A DNA stretch of 64,000 nt from Alphaproteobacteria bacterium (GTDB lineage Bacteria > Pseudomonadota > Alphaproteobacteria > SHVW01), in assembly GCA_016869645.1 (NCBI GenBank), contig VGDO01000001.1:3904-67903 (forward strand). Reading direction: 5' to 3'. The translations under genes were made by a program, and so were the position numbers. The notes below the pieces were generated by a model. It had not been told where the DNA came from. It made no database searches and saw nothing but the letters and a program-made list of their open reading frames with translations. This document shows, piece by piece, positions 45,192-54,952 of the stretch (position 1 is its first letter; each line of letters begins with the position of its first letter).

Positions 45192-45976
45192 CGCCAAAGA
45201 TCCGCATCGCCAATCTGCGCAAGACGTTCACCGATCCCGAGGGCGGCGCCGAGGTCGAGGCGATCCGCGAGGTCATGTTCGACATCGAGCCGGGGCGCTT
45301 CGTCATCCTGTTCGGGCCGAGCGGATGCGGCAAGTCGACGCTGCTCAACATCATCGCCGGCTTCGAGGCGCCGAGCGCCGGCGAGGTGCTGCTCGAGGGA
45401 AAGCCGATCACCGGCCCGGGGCCGGAACGCGGCTTCGTGTTCCAGGAATTCGTCATGTATCCCTGGCGCACCGTCCTGGGCAATGTCGCGATCGGGCTCG
45501 ACGTGCAGAAGAAACTCGACAAGCCGGCGCGCGATGCGCGCGCGCGCGAGCTGGTCAAACTCGTCGGCCTCGCTGGCTTCGAAGACCGCTACACCCATGT
45601 GCTGTCCGGCGGCATGAAGCAGCGGGTCGCCATCGCCCGCGCGCTCGCAACCGATCCCGAGATCCTGCTGATGGATGAGCCGTTCGGCGCGCTCGACGCC
45701 CAGACAAGGCGCTCGCTGCAGGACGACCTGCTGCGCATCTGGCAGCAGATGTCCAAGACCATCGTGTTCGTCACCCATTCCGTGCAGGAGGCCGTGCTGC
45801 TCGGCGATCGGGTGATCTCGCTGAGTCCCCGCCCGTCGACCATCAACGGCGTTTTCGACATCGACCTGAAGCGACCACGCGACACGACCAGCCGGGACTT
45901 CGCGGAGATCGAGCGAAAGCTCATGGCGCTGCTCGCTGGAACCGGCGGGCAGCGCGCCACTCTCGTTCACGACTGA
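45188..45976 (+). CDS. ABC ATP-binding protein, NitT/TauT family (SsuB-like)
   Basis: GPSGCGKST, LSGGMKQR, LLMDEPFGALD; ATGA overlap. Confidence 0.85.
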   Translation: MTPKIRIANLRKTFTDPEGGAEVEAIREVMFDIEPGRFVILFGPSGCGKSTLLNIIAGFEAPSAGEVLLEGKPITGPGPERGFVFQEFVMYPWRTVLGNVAIGLDVQKKLDKPARDARARELVKLVGLAGFEDRYTHVLSGGMKQRVAIARALATDPEILLMDEPFGALDAQTRRSLQDDLLRIWQQMSKTIVFVTHSVQEAVLLGDRVISLSPRPSTINGVFDIDLKRPRDTTSRDFAEIERKLMALLAGTGGQRATLVHD

Positions 45977-46989
45977 TGCCGATGAATCTCGCCTTTTCCT
46001 TCCCACCTGCCATCGATCCGCGCCGCTTTGCCGAGGTCATCGCGCGCGCCGAGGGCTGGGGCTTCGACATGGCCTATACGCCGGATCAGGGGTTCTTCCG
46101 CGACCCCTTCGTGGCACTGACCTATGCCGCCGCGCGCACCAGTCGAATCGCGCTCGGCCTCGGCGTCGTCAATCCCTATACGCGCCACCCCGTGCAGATC
46201 GCGCGCGCCGCGGCAACATTGTCCGAGGCGTGTGACGGGCGGTTCGTGCTCGGTCTTGGCGCCGGAGAGCGCGCCAACCTGCGCGACAAGCTGGGCGCAC
46301 CGCAGGGTCCCTTCCTCGCGGCCCTGCGCGACACCATCACAGTCATCCGCGACCTCTTCGCCGGCAAGGAGATCTCGCTCGAAACGCCGGTCTTCTCGCT
46401 CAAGGGCGTGAAGCTGGATTTCCCGGTGGCTCGGCCCATGCCGCTCTACATCGCGACAACCGACCCGCAGGGCTATCGGCTCGTTGGCGAGCTGGCTGAC
46501 GGCATCATCCTCGGCGACATGGGCGACCCGCAGGCCGTGCGCTGGGCGCTCGGCCTGGTGGCTGAAGGGGCACGCGCGGCGGGACGAAAGCCCGAGGATA
46601 TCGCCGTGGTCGGCTGGATCACCACGATTGTCACCGAGAATATGGTGCCCGTGAAGGACAAGCTGCGCCGGATCATCGCGATGGCCGCGCGCGGCATGCA
46701 CAAGGAGACGCGGCGCGCGCTCGCGATCGACGAGGCGACGGTCGCCAAGATCCGCCTGCTGCTCGATGGCGGCGCCACAGTCGGCAGCGATGTGCTGGCC
46801 GATGCCATGCTCGACCGCATGGCGATCGTCGGCCCCCCCGGCCTGTGCCTGGAGCGCATCCATGTCCTGCGCGAGGCCGGCGTCACCCAACTCGGCGTGC
46901 GCATGCCGGCGGCAGTGGCGGCAAACATGGACTTCGAAGGAAATCTCCGCGCGCTCGCGACGGAGATCCTACCCAAGCTCAAGGCCTGA
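45976..46989 (+). CDS. LLM-class (luciferase-like) flavin-dependent oxidoreductase
   Basis: 337 aa TIM-barrel LLM pattern; TGATG 1-nt overlap with the upstream ATPase. Confidence 0.7.
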   Translation: MPMNLAFSFPPAIDPRRFAEVIARAEGWGFDMAYTPDQGFFRDPFVALTYAAARTSRIALGLGVVNPYTRHPVQIARAAATLSEACDGRFVLGLGAGERANLRDKLGAPQGPFLAALRDTITVIRDLFAGKEISLETPVFSLKGVKLDFPVARPMPLYIATTDPQGYRLVGELADGIILGDMGDPQAVRWALGLVAEGARAAGRKPEDIAVVGWITTIVTENMVPVKDKLRRIIAMAARGMHKETRRALAIDEATVAKIRLLLDGGATVGSDVLADAMLDRMAIVGPPGLCLERIHVLREAGVTQLGVRMPAAVAANMDFEGNLRALATEILPKLKA

Positions 46990-47020
46990 TCGGCCCGGAG
47001 CGCATCGTGCCAAGGAGAGA

Positions 47021-47404
47021 ATGATGGCCAGACCCAATCCCCTCAAGCCCGGCGAGCGAATGGTTCACAGCGTCCGCGGCGCCAAATGGCAGCCCTATCT
47101 CAAGGACGGCAAGCCGTTCCCGAAGTTCTTCTGGGCGCCGTTCAGCGAGAACTCCGAGCTGCGCCGCGGCGGTCGCTACCTGCTCAAGCTCGAGCCCGGC
47201 GCGGTCGGCCCGTTGCACAGCCATGGCGGCGGTGACGAGTTCTTCGTCATCGAGGGCAGCATTCATGACAGCGACGGCACCGTGCTCAAGGCCGGCGACT
47301 ATGCGATCTACAAGAAGGGATCGACGCATTGGACGGATGCGCCCGACGGCTGCGTGCTGCTCGTGACGTTCGTCGAGAACAGCATCCTGCTCGACGAAAA
47401 ATAG
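47021..47404 (+). CDS. cupin-domain protein
   Basis: ATG 47021/47024 after GGAGA; HSHGGGDEFFVIEG...H cupin motifs. Confidence 0.5.
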   Translation: MMARPNPLKPGERMVHSVRGAKWQPYLKDGKPFPKFFWAPFSENSELRRGGRYLLKLEPGAVGPLHSHGGGDEFFVIEGSIHDSDGTVLKAGDYAIYKKGSTHWTDAPDGCVLLVTFVENSILLDEK

Positions 47405-47413
47405 GCGCGGACG

Positions 47414-47965
47414 CTACAACATCTCCGGCTTGAAGCGCCGGCGGTAGCGATGGGTGTTCTCACCTGAGATCATGAACACGCCGTCACCGCGGTAATGGAT
47501 AATGCGTGGATATATCGGCGATCGCGCGACATGGCCTTTGACGACCTCGAAAACGAAGAGGCTGTATTTCCGGATCAGGCCTGAATCGACCAGCTTGCAT
47601 TCGAAGTTGGCGAAGCACTCGCCGATGAGCGGGGCCTTCACCTTCACACCCGGCACCGCGGTCAACCCATAGGTGGCGAACTTGTCGATGTCGCGCCCCG
47701 AGCTGTTGCCGATGTCGACGACCTTGGCAGCGAGGTCGACGGTCGGGATGTTGACGACGCATTCCCGGCTGCAGCGAATCAGGCCGAAGCTGTGATTCTC
47801 CGTCCACACGTAACAGCCGACCAGCGACGGCGCGAATTCGAGGATCATGTGCCAGCCCATGATCATGATGTTGGTTTGGCCCTGCCAGGCCGAGCCTCTC
47901 AAGCGTGCCAGGCTCGAGAAAGCGGCGCACCTCGCTGACAGGAAGGCCGCGTTTCGCTTGTCCAT
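47414..47965 (-). CDS. flavin-reductase-like (FMN-binding split-barrel) family protein
   Basis: 183 aa; core ...GWHMILEFAPSLVG...PLIGECFANFECKL...FVFEVVKGHV aligns by eye with flavin_reduct family; lower G+C than surroundings. Confidence 0.5.
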   Translation of the reverse strand: MDKRNAAFLSARCAAFSSLARLRGSAWQGQTNIMIMGWHMILEFAPSLVGCYVWTENHSFGLIRCSRECVVNIPTVDLAAKVVDIGNSSGRDIDKFATYGLTAVPGVKVKAPLIGECFANFECKLVDSGLIRKYSLFVFEVVKGHVARSPIYPRIIHYRGDGVFMISGENTHRYRRRFKPEML

Positions 47966-48079
47966 TCATGGGGCTCATCCCTTGTTGCCAGCCTGTGCCG
48001 CCCGGCCGGTCAAGCCCGCCGTCGGACCCGCATTTGGCTCGTTTGCGATCCTGACGTCAGCCTGCTAGACCGTTGCCGC

Positions 48080-48646
48080 ATGTCAATGAAGGACACAGGG
48101 ACAAGCTCCCGTACCGCATCGTGCGCGTGGCCGCAGGTCGAGAATTCGCGGATGCTCATGTTCCTGCGGCATTGGGCGGAGGCGCGGCGCGGCGCGATCG
48201 TGCCCGCGCGCAGCGCGATCGATCCGGCCGCGATCGCGCCATGCCTGTCGAACGTGTTCATCTACCGCTACCTGGCGGAGACCTGCGACTTCGCCTTGTC
48301 GCTTGCCGGCGAGGAGATCAAGTCGTTCTGGCGCGTGCCGCTCGAAGGGCGCTCCATGCGCGAGATCCTCGGCGGCGAGGAGGGCGAGCTGGCGATCGCG
48401 CGCGGCCTGACGGTCGTCGATACGCCCGCACTGATCTAAGCGCGGTCGAGTCGGATTACGCGGCCAGACGCCACCTTCGCGGTCTCCCGGTTGACGGCGC
48501 CGCTGCTCAAGGATGACGGCGCGATCTTCGGGACGATCGGTATCACGATCTACACGCCGGTGCCGGCGGGTGGCGATCCGACCGGACGCACGGGCGAGAC
48601 CATATCGGTGCACGACTGTCGAACGTTGCCAAGTACGCTGCCCTAG
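48080..48646 (+). pseudogene. alphaproteobacterial PAS-like (PAS_5/DUF1457-type) domain ORF interrupted by in-frame TAA at 48437-48439
   Basis: ORF 48080-48439 (LMFLRHWAEARRGAIVPARSAIDPAAIAPCL...) continues in the SAME frame after TAA as ...RLTAPLLKDDGAIFGTIGITIYTPVPAGG... to TAG 48644-48646. Confidence 0.4.
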
Positions 48647-48834
48647 CTGCCTATCTTCGAGGCCGCGCGTGCCGACATGCGCGGCAATGTGCCCAGACAA
48701 TTGTCTGCGTTTCCCGCATTGGTGGCTTGCAACATTGGCCCGGGAATTCCGGCCATACCTCCCTATATCGAGTCCCAACATCACCGAGATTCAGGGAGGG
48801 CGCCAAACCATCGGGCTCGGAAAAGGAGCTTGTC

Positions 48835-49065
48835 ATGCGGCATCGCCACGAACGGATTCAGGCATTGATCCGCGACATCGCCGAGGGCACCGGCGCGACG
48901 CGCGACGTTGCGGCAGCCGAGCTCGAACGCCTGGCACGCGCTGAACGCGCTTATGTCATGGCCGAGTTTCTTGCCGACGGCATTCTCTGGCTGGCGCGCC
49001 TGCCCCACCGCATTTTCGAATGGTTGCTGGCGCATCCGACCAGGCGACGGAGCCGGCACCTGTAG
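48835..49065 (+). CDS. small hypothetical protein (76 aa)
   Basis: ATG 48835 after strong AAAAGGAGC; helical sequence MRHRHERIQALIRDIAEG...; no family recognised. Confidence 0.35.
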   Translation: MRHRHERIQALIRDIAEGTGATRDVAAAELERLARAERAYVMAEFLADGILWLARLPHRIFEWLLAHPTRRRSRHL

Positions 49066-49150
49066 CGGCGCAGCATTCGGGCGCGATTTCGCGCCCTGCC
49101 GACAGGTCGAGCTCCGCTCGGCCGAAGGGTGGGCATTCGCGCACGCGTCC

Positions 49151-50131
49151 CTATGCGCTCCTGAGCGAATCGAGCTCCGCGAAATGACAGGCCGCGTGCT
49201 GAGCGCCGATCAGGCGCAGTTCCGGCTCGGTCTCCGCGCAGAGCGCTTCGGCGCGCGGGCAGCGCGTACGGAAGCGGCAGCCCGACGGCAGCTTGCCCGG
49301 ATCGGGTGGTTCGCCCTTGAGCCAGAAGTCGCGCGTGATGCGCTTGCCGCCGATCTGCGGAATGGCCGCCAGAAGCGACTGCGTGTAGGGGTGGCGCGGC
49401 CGCTCGAAGATGTCCGCGGTCGGGCCGATCTCGACGATCTTCCCCAGATACATGACGGCGACGCGCTGGCACATCATGCGCACGACGGCGAGGTCGTGGC
49501 TGATCAGCATATAGGTGAGATTGAAGGCAGCGCGAAGCTCGCGGAACAACGTCAGCACGGTTGCCTGCACCGAGACGTCGAGACCCGAGGTCGGCTCGTC
49601 GAGAATGACGACGCGCGGCTGCAGCGTGAGGATGCGTGCGAGGCCGACGCGGCGCTGCTGGCCGCCGCTGATCTCGTGCGGATAGAGGTCCAGATGGCCC
49701 TCGGGCAGACCGACCGCGCGCAGGATCTCGCGCACCCGCACCTCGCGCTCGGCCGTCGACAGGTTGGTATGGATGATCAGCGGCTCATGCAGCGATCGGC
49801 CGATCTTCCAGCGCGGATCGAGCGAGGCACCGGGGTCCTGATAGGCGTATTGCAGATGGCGGCGCACCGAGCGATGGGCGCGCGGCTCCAGCCCCGCGAT
49901 GTTGATTCCCTCGAAGTGGATCGCGCCGGCATCGGGTCGGTGAATGCCCATGATCGTCTTGCCGAGCGTCGACTTGCCGCAGCCGCTCTCGCCGACCAAG
50001 CCGAGGATCTCGCCCTGAATCAGGTCGAAGGACACGCCGTCGAGCGCGCGGATCCAGCCGAGCTGGCGATTGAACGCACCGCGGATCGGAAAATGGCGCT
50101 GCAGGTCGCGAACCTGGAGGATCGCGTTCAT
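49151..50131 (-). CDS. peptide ABC transporter ATP-binding protein (DppF/OppF-like)
   Basis: GESGCGKST, ISGGQQRR, ILDEPTSGLD; C-terminal oligopeptide-ATPase extension. Confidence 0.85.
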   Translation of the reverse strand: MNAILQVRDLQRHFPIRGAFNRQLGWIRALDGVSFDLIQGEILGLVGESGCGKSTLGKTIMGIHRPDAGAIHFEGINIAGLEPRAHRSVRRHLQYAYQDPGASLDPRWKIGRSLHEPLIIHTNLSTAEREVRVREILRAVGLPEGHLDLYPHEISGGQQRRVGLARILTLQPRVVILDEPTSGLDVSVQATVLTLFRELRAAFNLTYMLISHDLAVVRMMCQRVAVMYLGKIVEIGPTADIFERPRHPYTQSLLAAIPQIGGKRITRDFWLKGEPPDPGKLPSGCRFRTRCPRAEALCAETEPELRLIGAQHAACHFAELDSLRSA

Positions 50132-51174
50132 GCCGCCGCTCGCACCCGGGGATGAAAGCAGCGGACACGATGCCCGGCCCCGGAAGCAGTCTCGGGCGGC
50201 CGCGCGGCGCGACAGTCGGCGGCGGCGGAATCGCAGCGCGGATGAAACCTACAGCCGGGCGGCGGTGTCACCAGGCTCGGCACCTCACCCGGTATGCCCG
50301 CGACCTTGCCGTCCGGCCGCGGCAGGCTGGCGAGCAGGCGGTCCGTATAGGGATGGACGCAGCGGGTGAAGAAGACGTCGGTCGGCGCCGACTCGACGTC
50401 CTGTCCCGCATACATCACGGTCACCGCGTCGCAGATCTCGTATGCCGTGCCGAGATCGTGAGTCGTGAACAGCACGGCGACGCCACGCTCGGTCGCCAGG
50501 CGCCGGATCAATCCGAGGATCTGCGCCTGGATCGTCACGTCGAGCGCGGTCGTCGGCTCGTCGGCGATCACCAGGTCCGGCTCCGGCAACAGCGCCATGG
50601 CGATCATCAGGCGCTGGCGCTGACCGCCGGAGAGCTCGTGCGGGTACTTGCGCAGGATCTGCTCTGGCTGCGGCAGCTGCACGGCATCGAGCAGCTTGAG
50701 GACAGCGTCGCGGTCGGCACGGCGGCGCTCGGCGGGATAGGTCTGCAGCAGCGCCGGCATGCCCGCCTGCCAGCCAATCGCCTCGCGGCGCGGCGACTTC
50801 CACTTCATGATCTCCATGATCTGCGTGCCGACCGTGAAGACCGGGTTGAACGAACCGTAGGGGTCCTGCGGGATGAAGGTGATGGCGCGGCCGCACACCT
50901 CGCGGCTCAGCACGTCGGGCGCGAGCGCCAGCAGGTCGCGCCCTTTGAAGCGGATCGAGCCGCCACTGATGTCGGTCACGTGGCGCGGCAGCACGCCCAG
51001 CACGGCACGCGCCAAGGTCGTCTTGCCGCAACCGCTCTCGCCGACCAGGCCCATGACCTGGCCGCGGTCAATGGTGAGGTTCACGCCGTCGAGGACGCGC
51101 GCCAGTCCGGCGTCGGTGTGGAAGCCAAGGGTCAGGTCGCGGACGGCAAGCAGCTCAGCCATCGCCGCCATCAC
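50128..51174 (-). CDS. peptide ABC transporter ATP-binding protein (DppD/OppD-like)
   Basis: [31 protein letters not shown] overlap. Confidence 0.85.
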   Translation of the reverse strand: MMAAMAELLAVRDLTLGFHTDAGLARVLDGVNLTIDRGQVMGLVGESGCGKTTLARAVLGVLPRHVTDISGGSIRFKGRDLLALAPDVLSREVCGRAITFIPQDPYGSFNPVFTVGTQIMEIMKWKSPRREAIGWQAGMPALLQTYPAERRRADRDAVLKLLDAVQLPQPEQILRKYPHELSGGQRQRLMIAMALLPEPDLVIADEPTTALDVTIQAQILGLIRRLATERGVAVLFTTHDLGTAYEICDAVTVMYAGQDVESAPTDVFFTRCVHPYTDRLLASLPRPDGKVAGIPGEVPSLVTPPPGCRFHPRCDSAAADCRAARPPETASGAGHRVRCFHPRVRAAA

Positions 51175-52037
51175 TCCTCACGGCTCGCCGCGCGGCGGAT
51201 GCGCGGATCGAGGATGTCGCGCAGCCCGTCGCCCAGTAGGTTGAAGCCCATGACGACGAGGAAGATGGCGAGACCCGGCGCCGTCGCGTACCACCAGGCT
51301 TCGGGCAGGAATTCGCGGGACTCCGCGATCATACGGCCCCATTCGGGCGCCGGCGGCGGCGCGCCGAGCCCGAGAAAGCCTAGAATGGCCGCCGTCAGGA
51401 TCGTGTTGCCCATGCCGATCGAGGTGCGCACGATGATGGCGGACGCGATGTTCGGCAGTACGTGCAGAAGCATGACGCGCCAGGGCGGCGCGCCCAACGC
51501 GATCGCCGATTCGATGAAGATCTCGTTCTTGACCGAGCGTGTCTCGGCATAGACCAGGCGCGCCCAGAACGGCCAGTAAGTGGCGCTGAGCGCCAGGATC
51601 ACGTTTTCGATCGAAGGGCCGAGCGTCTGTGCGATCGCGATCGCCAGCACGACCTGAGGAATAGCGAGGAAAATGTCGGAGACGCGCATCAGCGCATCGC
51701 TCGGCCATTTGCCGTAATAGCCGGCGATCAGGCCGATCGGCACACCGATCGCAACCGTGATGCTGATGGCGATCACGGCGATCATGATGGTGATGCGTGC
51801 GCCGAACAGGATGCGGCTCAGCACGTCGCTGCCCATTCGGTCCGTGCCGAAATAATGCACCCCGTCGGGCGCGCGCAATCGATTGGACGTGTGGAACTCG
51901 TAGACGTCGTCCGGGAAGGGCGCCAGGTAGGGCGCGAAGATCGCGCAGAGGATGAGGCCCAGAATGATCACCGAGCCGATCAGCGCCGCGCGGTCGCGTA
52001 CGAATTTGCTGAGCGCCTGGCGCCAGCCGGTCTTCAC
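51171..52037 (-). CDS. peptide ABC transporter permease (DppC/OppC-like)
   Basis: GTG 52037 in GTGA overlap with the DppB stop; 288 aa; ...SAIALGAPPWRVMLLHVLPN EAA-like. Confidence 0.75.
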   Translation of the reverse strand: MKTGWRQALSKFVRDRAALIGSVIILGLILCAIFAPYLAPFPDDVYEFHTSNRLRAPDGVHYFGTDRMGSDVLSRILFGARITIMIAVIAISITVAIGVPIGLIAGYYGKWPSDALMRVSDIFLAIPQVVLAIAIAQTLGPSIENVILALSATYWPFWARLVYAETRSVKNEIFIESAIALGAPPWRVMLLHVLPNIASAIIVRTSIGMGNTILTAAILGFLGLGAPPPAPEWGRMIAESREFLPEAWWYATAPGLAIFLVVMGFNLLGDGLRDILDPRIRRAASREE

Positions 52038-53041
52038 TGGCTGCTCCGCGGATCGATCAGCGTGTGCGCAATGTCGGTGATCAGATTGACGATCAAGAAG
52101 ATGGCGCCGGTCCAGATCGTGAAGCCCATGATGGCCTTGTAGTCGGACTGCAGGATCGAATTGACCGCATAGGCGCCGATGCCCGGCCAATCGAACACGG
52201 TCTCGACCACCACGGCGCCGGACAGGAACACGCCGAAGATCAGGCCGATCTGGGTCACCGTCGAGATCAGCGCGTTGCGCAGCACGTACTTCCACACGAT
52301 CAGCGGCCAGGGAATGCCCATGGCGCGCTCGTAGAGCACGAAGTTGCTGTTGATCACCTCGAGCACGCCCGCGCGCGTGAAGCGCACGATGGTGGCGGCC
52401 GCCGGCAGCGCCAGCGTGATCGCCGGCAGAATCATGTGGGAGAGCGCGCTGCGCAGGGATTCCATGTCCCAGATCAGCAGGGAGTCGATAACGAAGAAAC
52501 CGGTGATCGGGTCCGGCCCGAAGCCGGAAATCCGGCCGTTGAGCGGTGCCACGGCCAGGTTCATCGAGAACAGGAACTGCAACTCCATGGCGAGCCAAAA
52601 GCTGGCGACCGCAAGGCCCGACACGGTGATGACGCGCAACACGTGATCGAACAGACTGTTGCGCTTGAGCGCGGACAGCACGCCCAAAGGAATGCCGAAC
52701 AGGACCGAGAGGAACACCGCGGCGAAGGTCAGCTCCAGCGTCGCCGGCAAGCGGTGCCACATGGTCTCGGAGATCGGCCGCTTGGTGAAAATGCTGATCC
52801 CGAGGTTGCCGGTCGCGACGTCCTTCAGATAGTTGATGAACTGGATCGGCAGCGGCTTGTCGTAGCCGTATTCCTTGCGTAGCGCGTCCAGCTGCTCCTG
52901 TGTCGCGTTGTCGCCCGCCAGCACCCGCACCGGATCGGTCGGGATGATGTGCGAGATCGTGAAGATGATGATCAGCAGCCCGACAATGGTCGGCACGAAC
53001 CAGGCAAGCCGGGAGACGATGATTTCGAGGCGGCGCATCAA
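52034..53041 (-). CDS. peptide ABC transporter permease (DppB/OppB-like)
   Basis: 335 aa; BPD_transp_1 with N-terminal OppB-type region. Confidence 0.8.
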   Translation of the reverse strand: MMRRLEIIVSRLAWFVPTIVGLLIIIFTISHIIPTDPVRVLAGDNATQEQLDALRKEYGYDKPLPIQFINYLKDVATGNLGISIFTKRPISETMWHRLPATLELTFAAVFLSVLFGIPLGVLSALKRNSLFDHVLRVITVSGLAVASFWLAMELQFLFSMNLAVAPLNGRISGFGPDPITGFFVIDSLLIWDMESLRSALSHMILPAITLALPAAATIVRFTRAGVLEVINSNFVLYERAMGIPWPLIVWKYVLRNALISTVTQIGLIFGVFLSGAVVVETVFDWPGIGAYAVNSILQSDYKAIMGFTIWTGAIFLIVNLITDIAHTLIDPRSSQ

Positions 53042-53057
53042 GAATGCTCAAGCGTCT

Positions 53058-53171
53058 TTCCCTCCCCCGCGCGCAGCGTGGGGGAGGGTTGGGGTGGGGG
53101 CCCGAAGGGTTGAGTGCCTCCGCTGAAGGGCCCCCACCCTAACCCTCCCCCGCCTGCGGCAGGGGAGGGAA
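53058..53171. repeat. G/C-rich triple-hairpin intergenic element between dppA and dppB
   Basis: CCCTCCCCC-N11-GGGGGAGGG; GGGTGGGGGCCC-N27-GGGCCCCCACCC; CCCTCCCC-N11-GGGGAGGG, all read directly. Confidence 0.55.
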
Positions 53172-53180
53172 GTCTCGACG

Positions 53181-54731
53181 CTACTTGAAATACGCCCAGC
53201 GCATGTCCTGGGCATTGCCGATCGGGCAGAAGCGGATGCCGCCGATGTTGGCGGCATAGGGCCCGAACCACTTGGTGTTGTAGACAAAGATGCCTGCGGC
53301 ATCGTCGACCACGATGCGTCCCGCCTCCTGGTAGAGCCGGTCGCGCGTCGACTGGTCGGTGACCTTGAGTGCCTGCTCCAGGCGCTTGTCGACCTCGGGG
53401 TTGCGGTAATAGGAGTTGTTGCGCAGCGGCAGATAGCGCATGCCGTACATCTCGCCGATCCAGTTGTTGGGATCGACGTAGTACGTGCTCTTCCACAGGG
53501 GGACCATGTCGTACATCTGGTCCTCCTTCTGCATGCGGCTCTGCACGACCGGCCAGGGCGCCGATTCGACCTTGATCTCGATGCCGATCTTGCGCGCAGC
53601 GTTCTGCAGCAGGGTCGCCGCCTGCTCGGTCTCGCTGAAGCCCGCGAGCGTGCCGATCACGATCGGACGCATAGGCTCCTTGACCTTGGCGAGCTCGGCC
53701 TTGGCCTTTTCCAGGTCGTAGGTATAGCCCTTGACGTCCTTAGGCACGCCCCAGAGGTTGTTGGGCACCGGGCCGGCATTTCGCGACACCGCGCCCTTGA
53801 GCAGGTCATTGTTGAAACCGTCATAGTCGAAGGCGTAGCTCAGCGCGCGACGGAGATGCACGTCGTTGAGCGGTGGCCGACTGTTGTGGACGGCGAAGTA
53901 GAACACGCGCATCGATTCCTGCTCGATGATCTGCACGTTCGACGCCTGGCGCAGCCGGGCGATCTGGTCCTGCGGCAGATAGCCATCGGTTCCATGGATG
54001 TCGCCCTTGAGCAGGCCGAGCACGCGCGTGTTGGTCTCGAGCACGGTGCGGAACTCGATCTCGTCGAACGATTTCGCGCCCCAGCCGGCGAAGTGATCCT
54101 TGAAGCGCGCGCCGACGAAGCCGACCGCGGGATCGTACCGGCGCAGCGTGTAGGAGCCAGTGCTCGCCACGTTCTTCGACAGCCAGGCCTGGCCCCAGTC
54201 ACCGTCCTTTTCGTTCTGCTTCACGAGCTTGGAATTGACGATCAGGATCTCCGGCACGGTCGAATGGAAGACCGCCGAGGGCTCCTTGAGGTTGAAGACG
54301 ACGGTGTGCCTGTCCTTGGCCTTGGTCGTGCCCGGATCGATGATCGCCATGAACAGCGTCGCCGGACCCTTCTTCATGGCCAGCATGCGCTCCATGCTGT
54401 AGACCACGTCGTCCGCCGTCATCTCCGTGCCGTCGTGGAACTTGACGCCCTGGCGCAGCTTGAAGGTCCAGCTCAGCCCATCCTCGGTCACCGTGTGGCT
54501 CTCGGCGAGCCAGGGGATCATCTTCGGCGGGTTGTCGACCCAGCGGTAGAGCCCGTCATAGAAGTTGATGCGCGAGGCGGCGCGGCCGACGTCGAACACG
54601 GCGTGCGGGTCGAGATTGTCGTAGCCGCTGTTGTTGGCGTGAACGTACTTGCCCTGCGCGAGCGCGGCGCCGGACAAGCCGAGCGCTGCCACGGCTGCCA
54701 AGGCGATCAGGCGGAACGGATGCTTTGTCAT
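53181..54731 (-). CDS. ABC substrate-binding protein, family 5 (DppA/OppA-like)
   Basis: ATG 54731 after GGGGAGGGG; signal MTKHPFRLIALAAVAALGLSGAALA; SBP_bac_5 body. The ORF-track start at 54938 is rejected. Confidence 0.8.
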   Translation of the reverse strand: MTKHPFRLIALAAVAALGLSGAALAQGKYVHANNSGYDNLDPHAVFDVGRAASRINFYDGLYRWVDNPPKMIPWLAESHTVTEDGLSWTFKLRQGVKFHDGTEMTADDVVYSMERMLAMKKGPATLFMAIIDPGTTKAKDRHTVVFNLKEPSAVFHSTVPEILIVNSKLVKQNEKDGDWGQAWLSKNVASTGSYTLRRYDPAVGFVGARFKDHFAGWGAKSFDEIEFRTVLETNTRVLGLLKGDIHGTDGYLPQDQIARLRQASNVQIIEQESMRVFYFAVHNSRPPLNDVHLRRALSYAFDYDGFNNDLLKGAVSRNAGPVPNNLWGVPKDVKGYTYDLEKAKAELAKVKEPMRPIVIGTLAGFSETEQAATLLQNAARKIGIEIKVESAPWPVVQSRMQKEDQMYDMVPLWKSTYYVDPNNWIGEMYGMRYLPLRNNSYYRNPEVDKRLEQALKVTDQSTRDRLYQEAGRIVVDDAAGIFVYNTKWFGPYAANIGGIRFCPIGNAQDMRWAYFK

Positions 54732-54952
54732 GGGCGACCCCTCCCCGATGCGGGATATTGCGATGTACCGGCCTGTGGGCGACCGAGTGGGATAGCCTAG
54801 GCCAGGGCGATGGCGGGCGGCAAGCCGGCTGGACCGGCTGGACCGCGCCCAAAGGACCGGTTGATTGACGGCCCGCTTGGCACTCTTCGATAATCGCGCT
54901 CCCGCCGCCGGGCCCGGATGTGCCCGATGCGCCCCCACTCCGGAGAACCGTC

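Noticed and set aside
47414-47978. Possibility that the flavin-reductase-like gene is a frameshifted pseudogene (second ORF 47484-47978 in another frame)
   Set aside because: The 183-aa frame alone spans the recognisable flavin_reduct core, and the overlapping frame matched only by chance over a few residues.
51171-53051. 626-aa minus ORF presented as one protein
   Set aside because: Composite: true DppC is 51171-52037 (GTG start, GTGA overlap) and true DppB is 52034-53041 in another frame.
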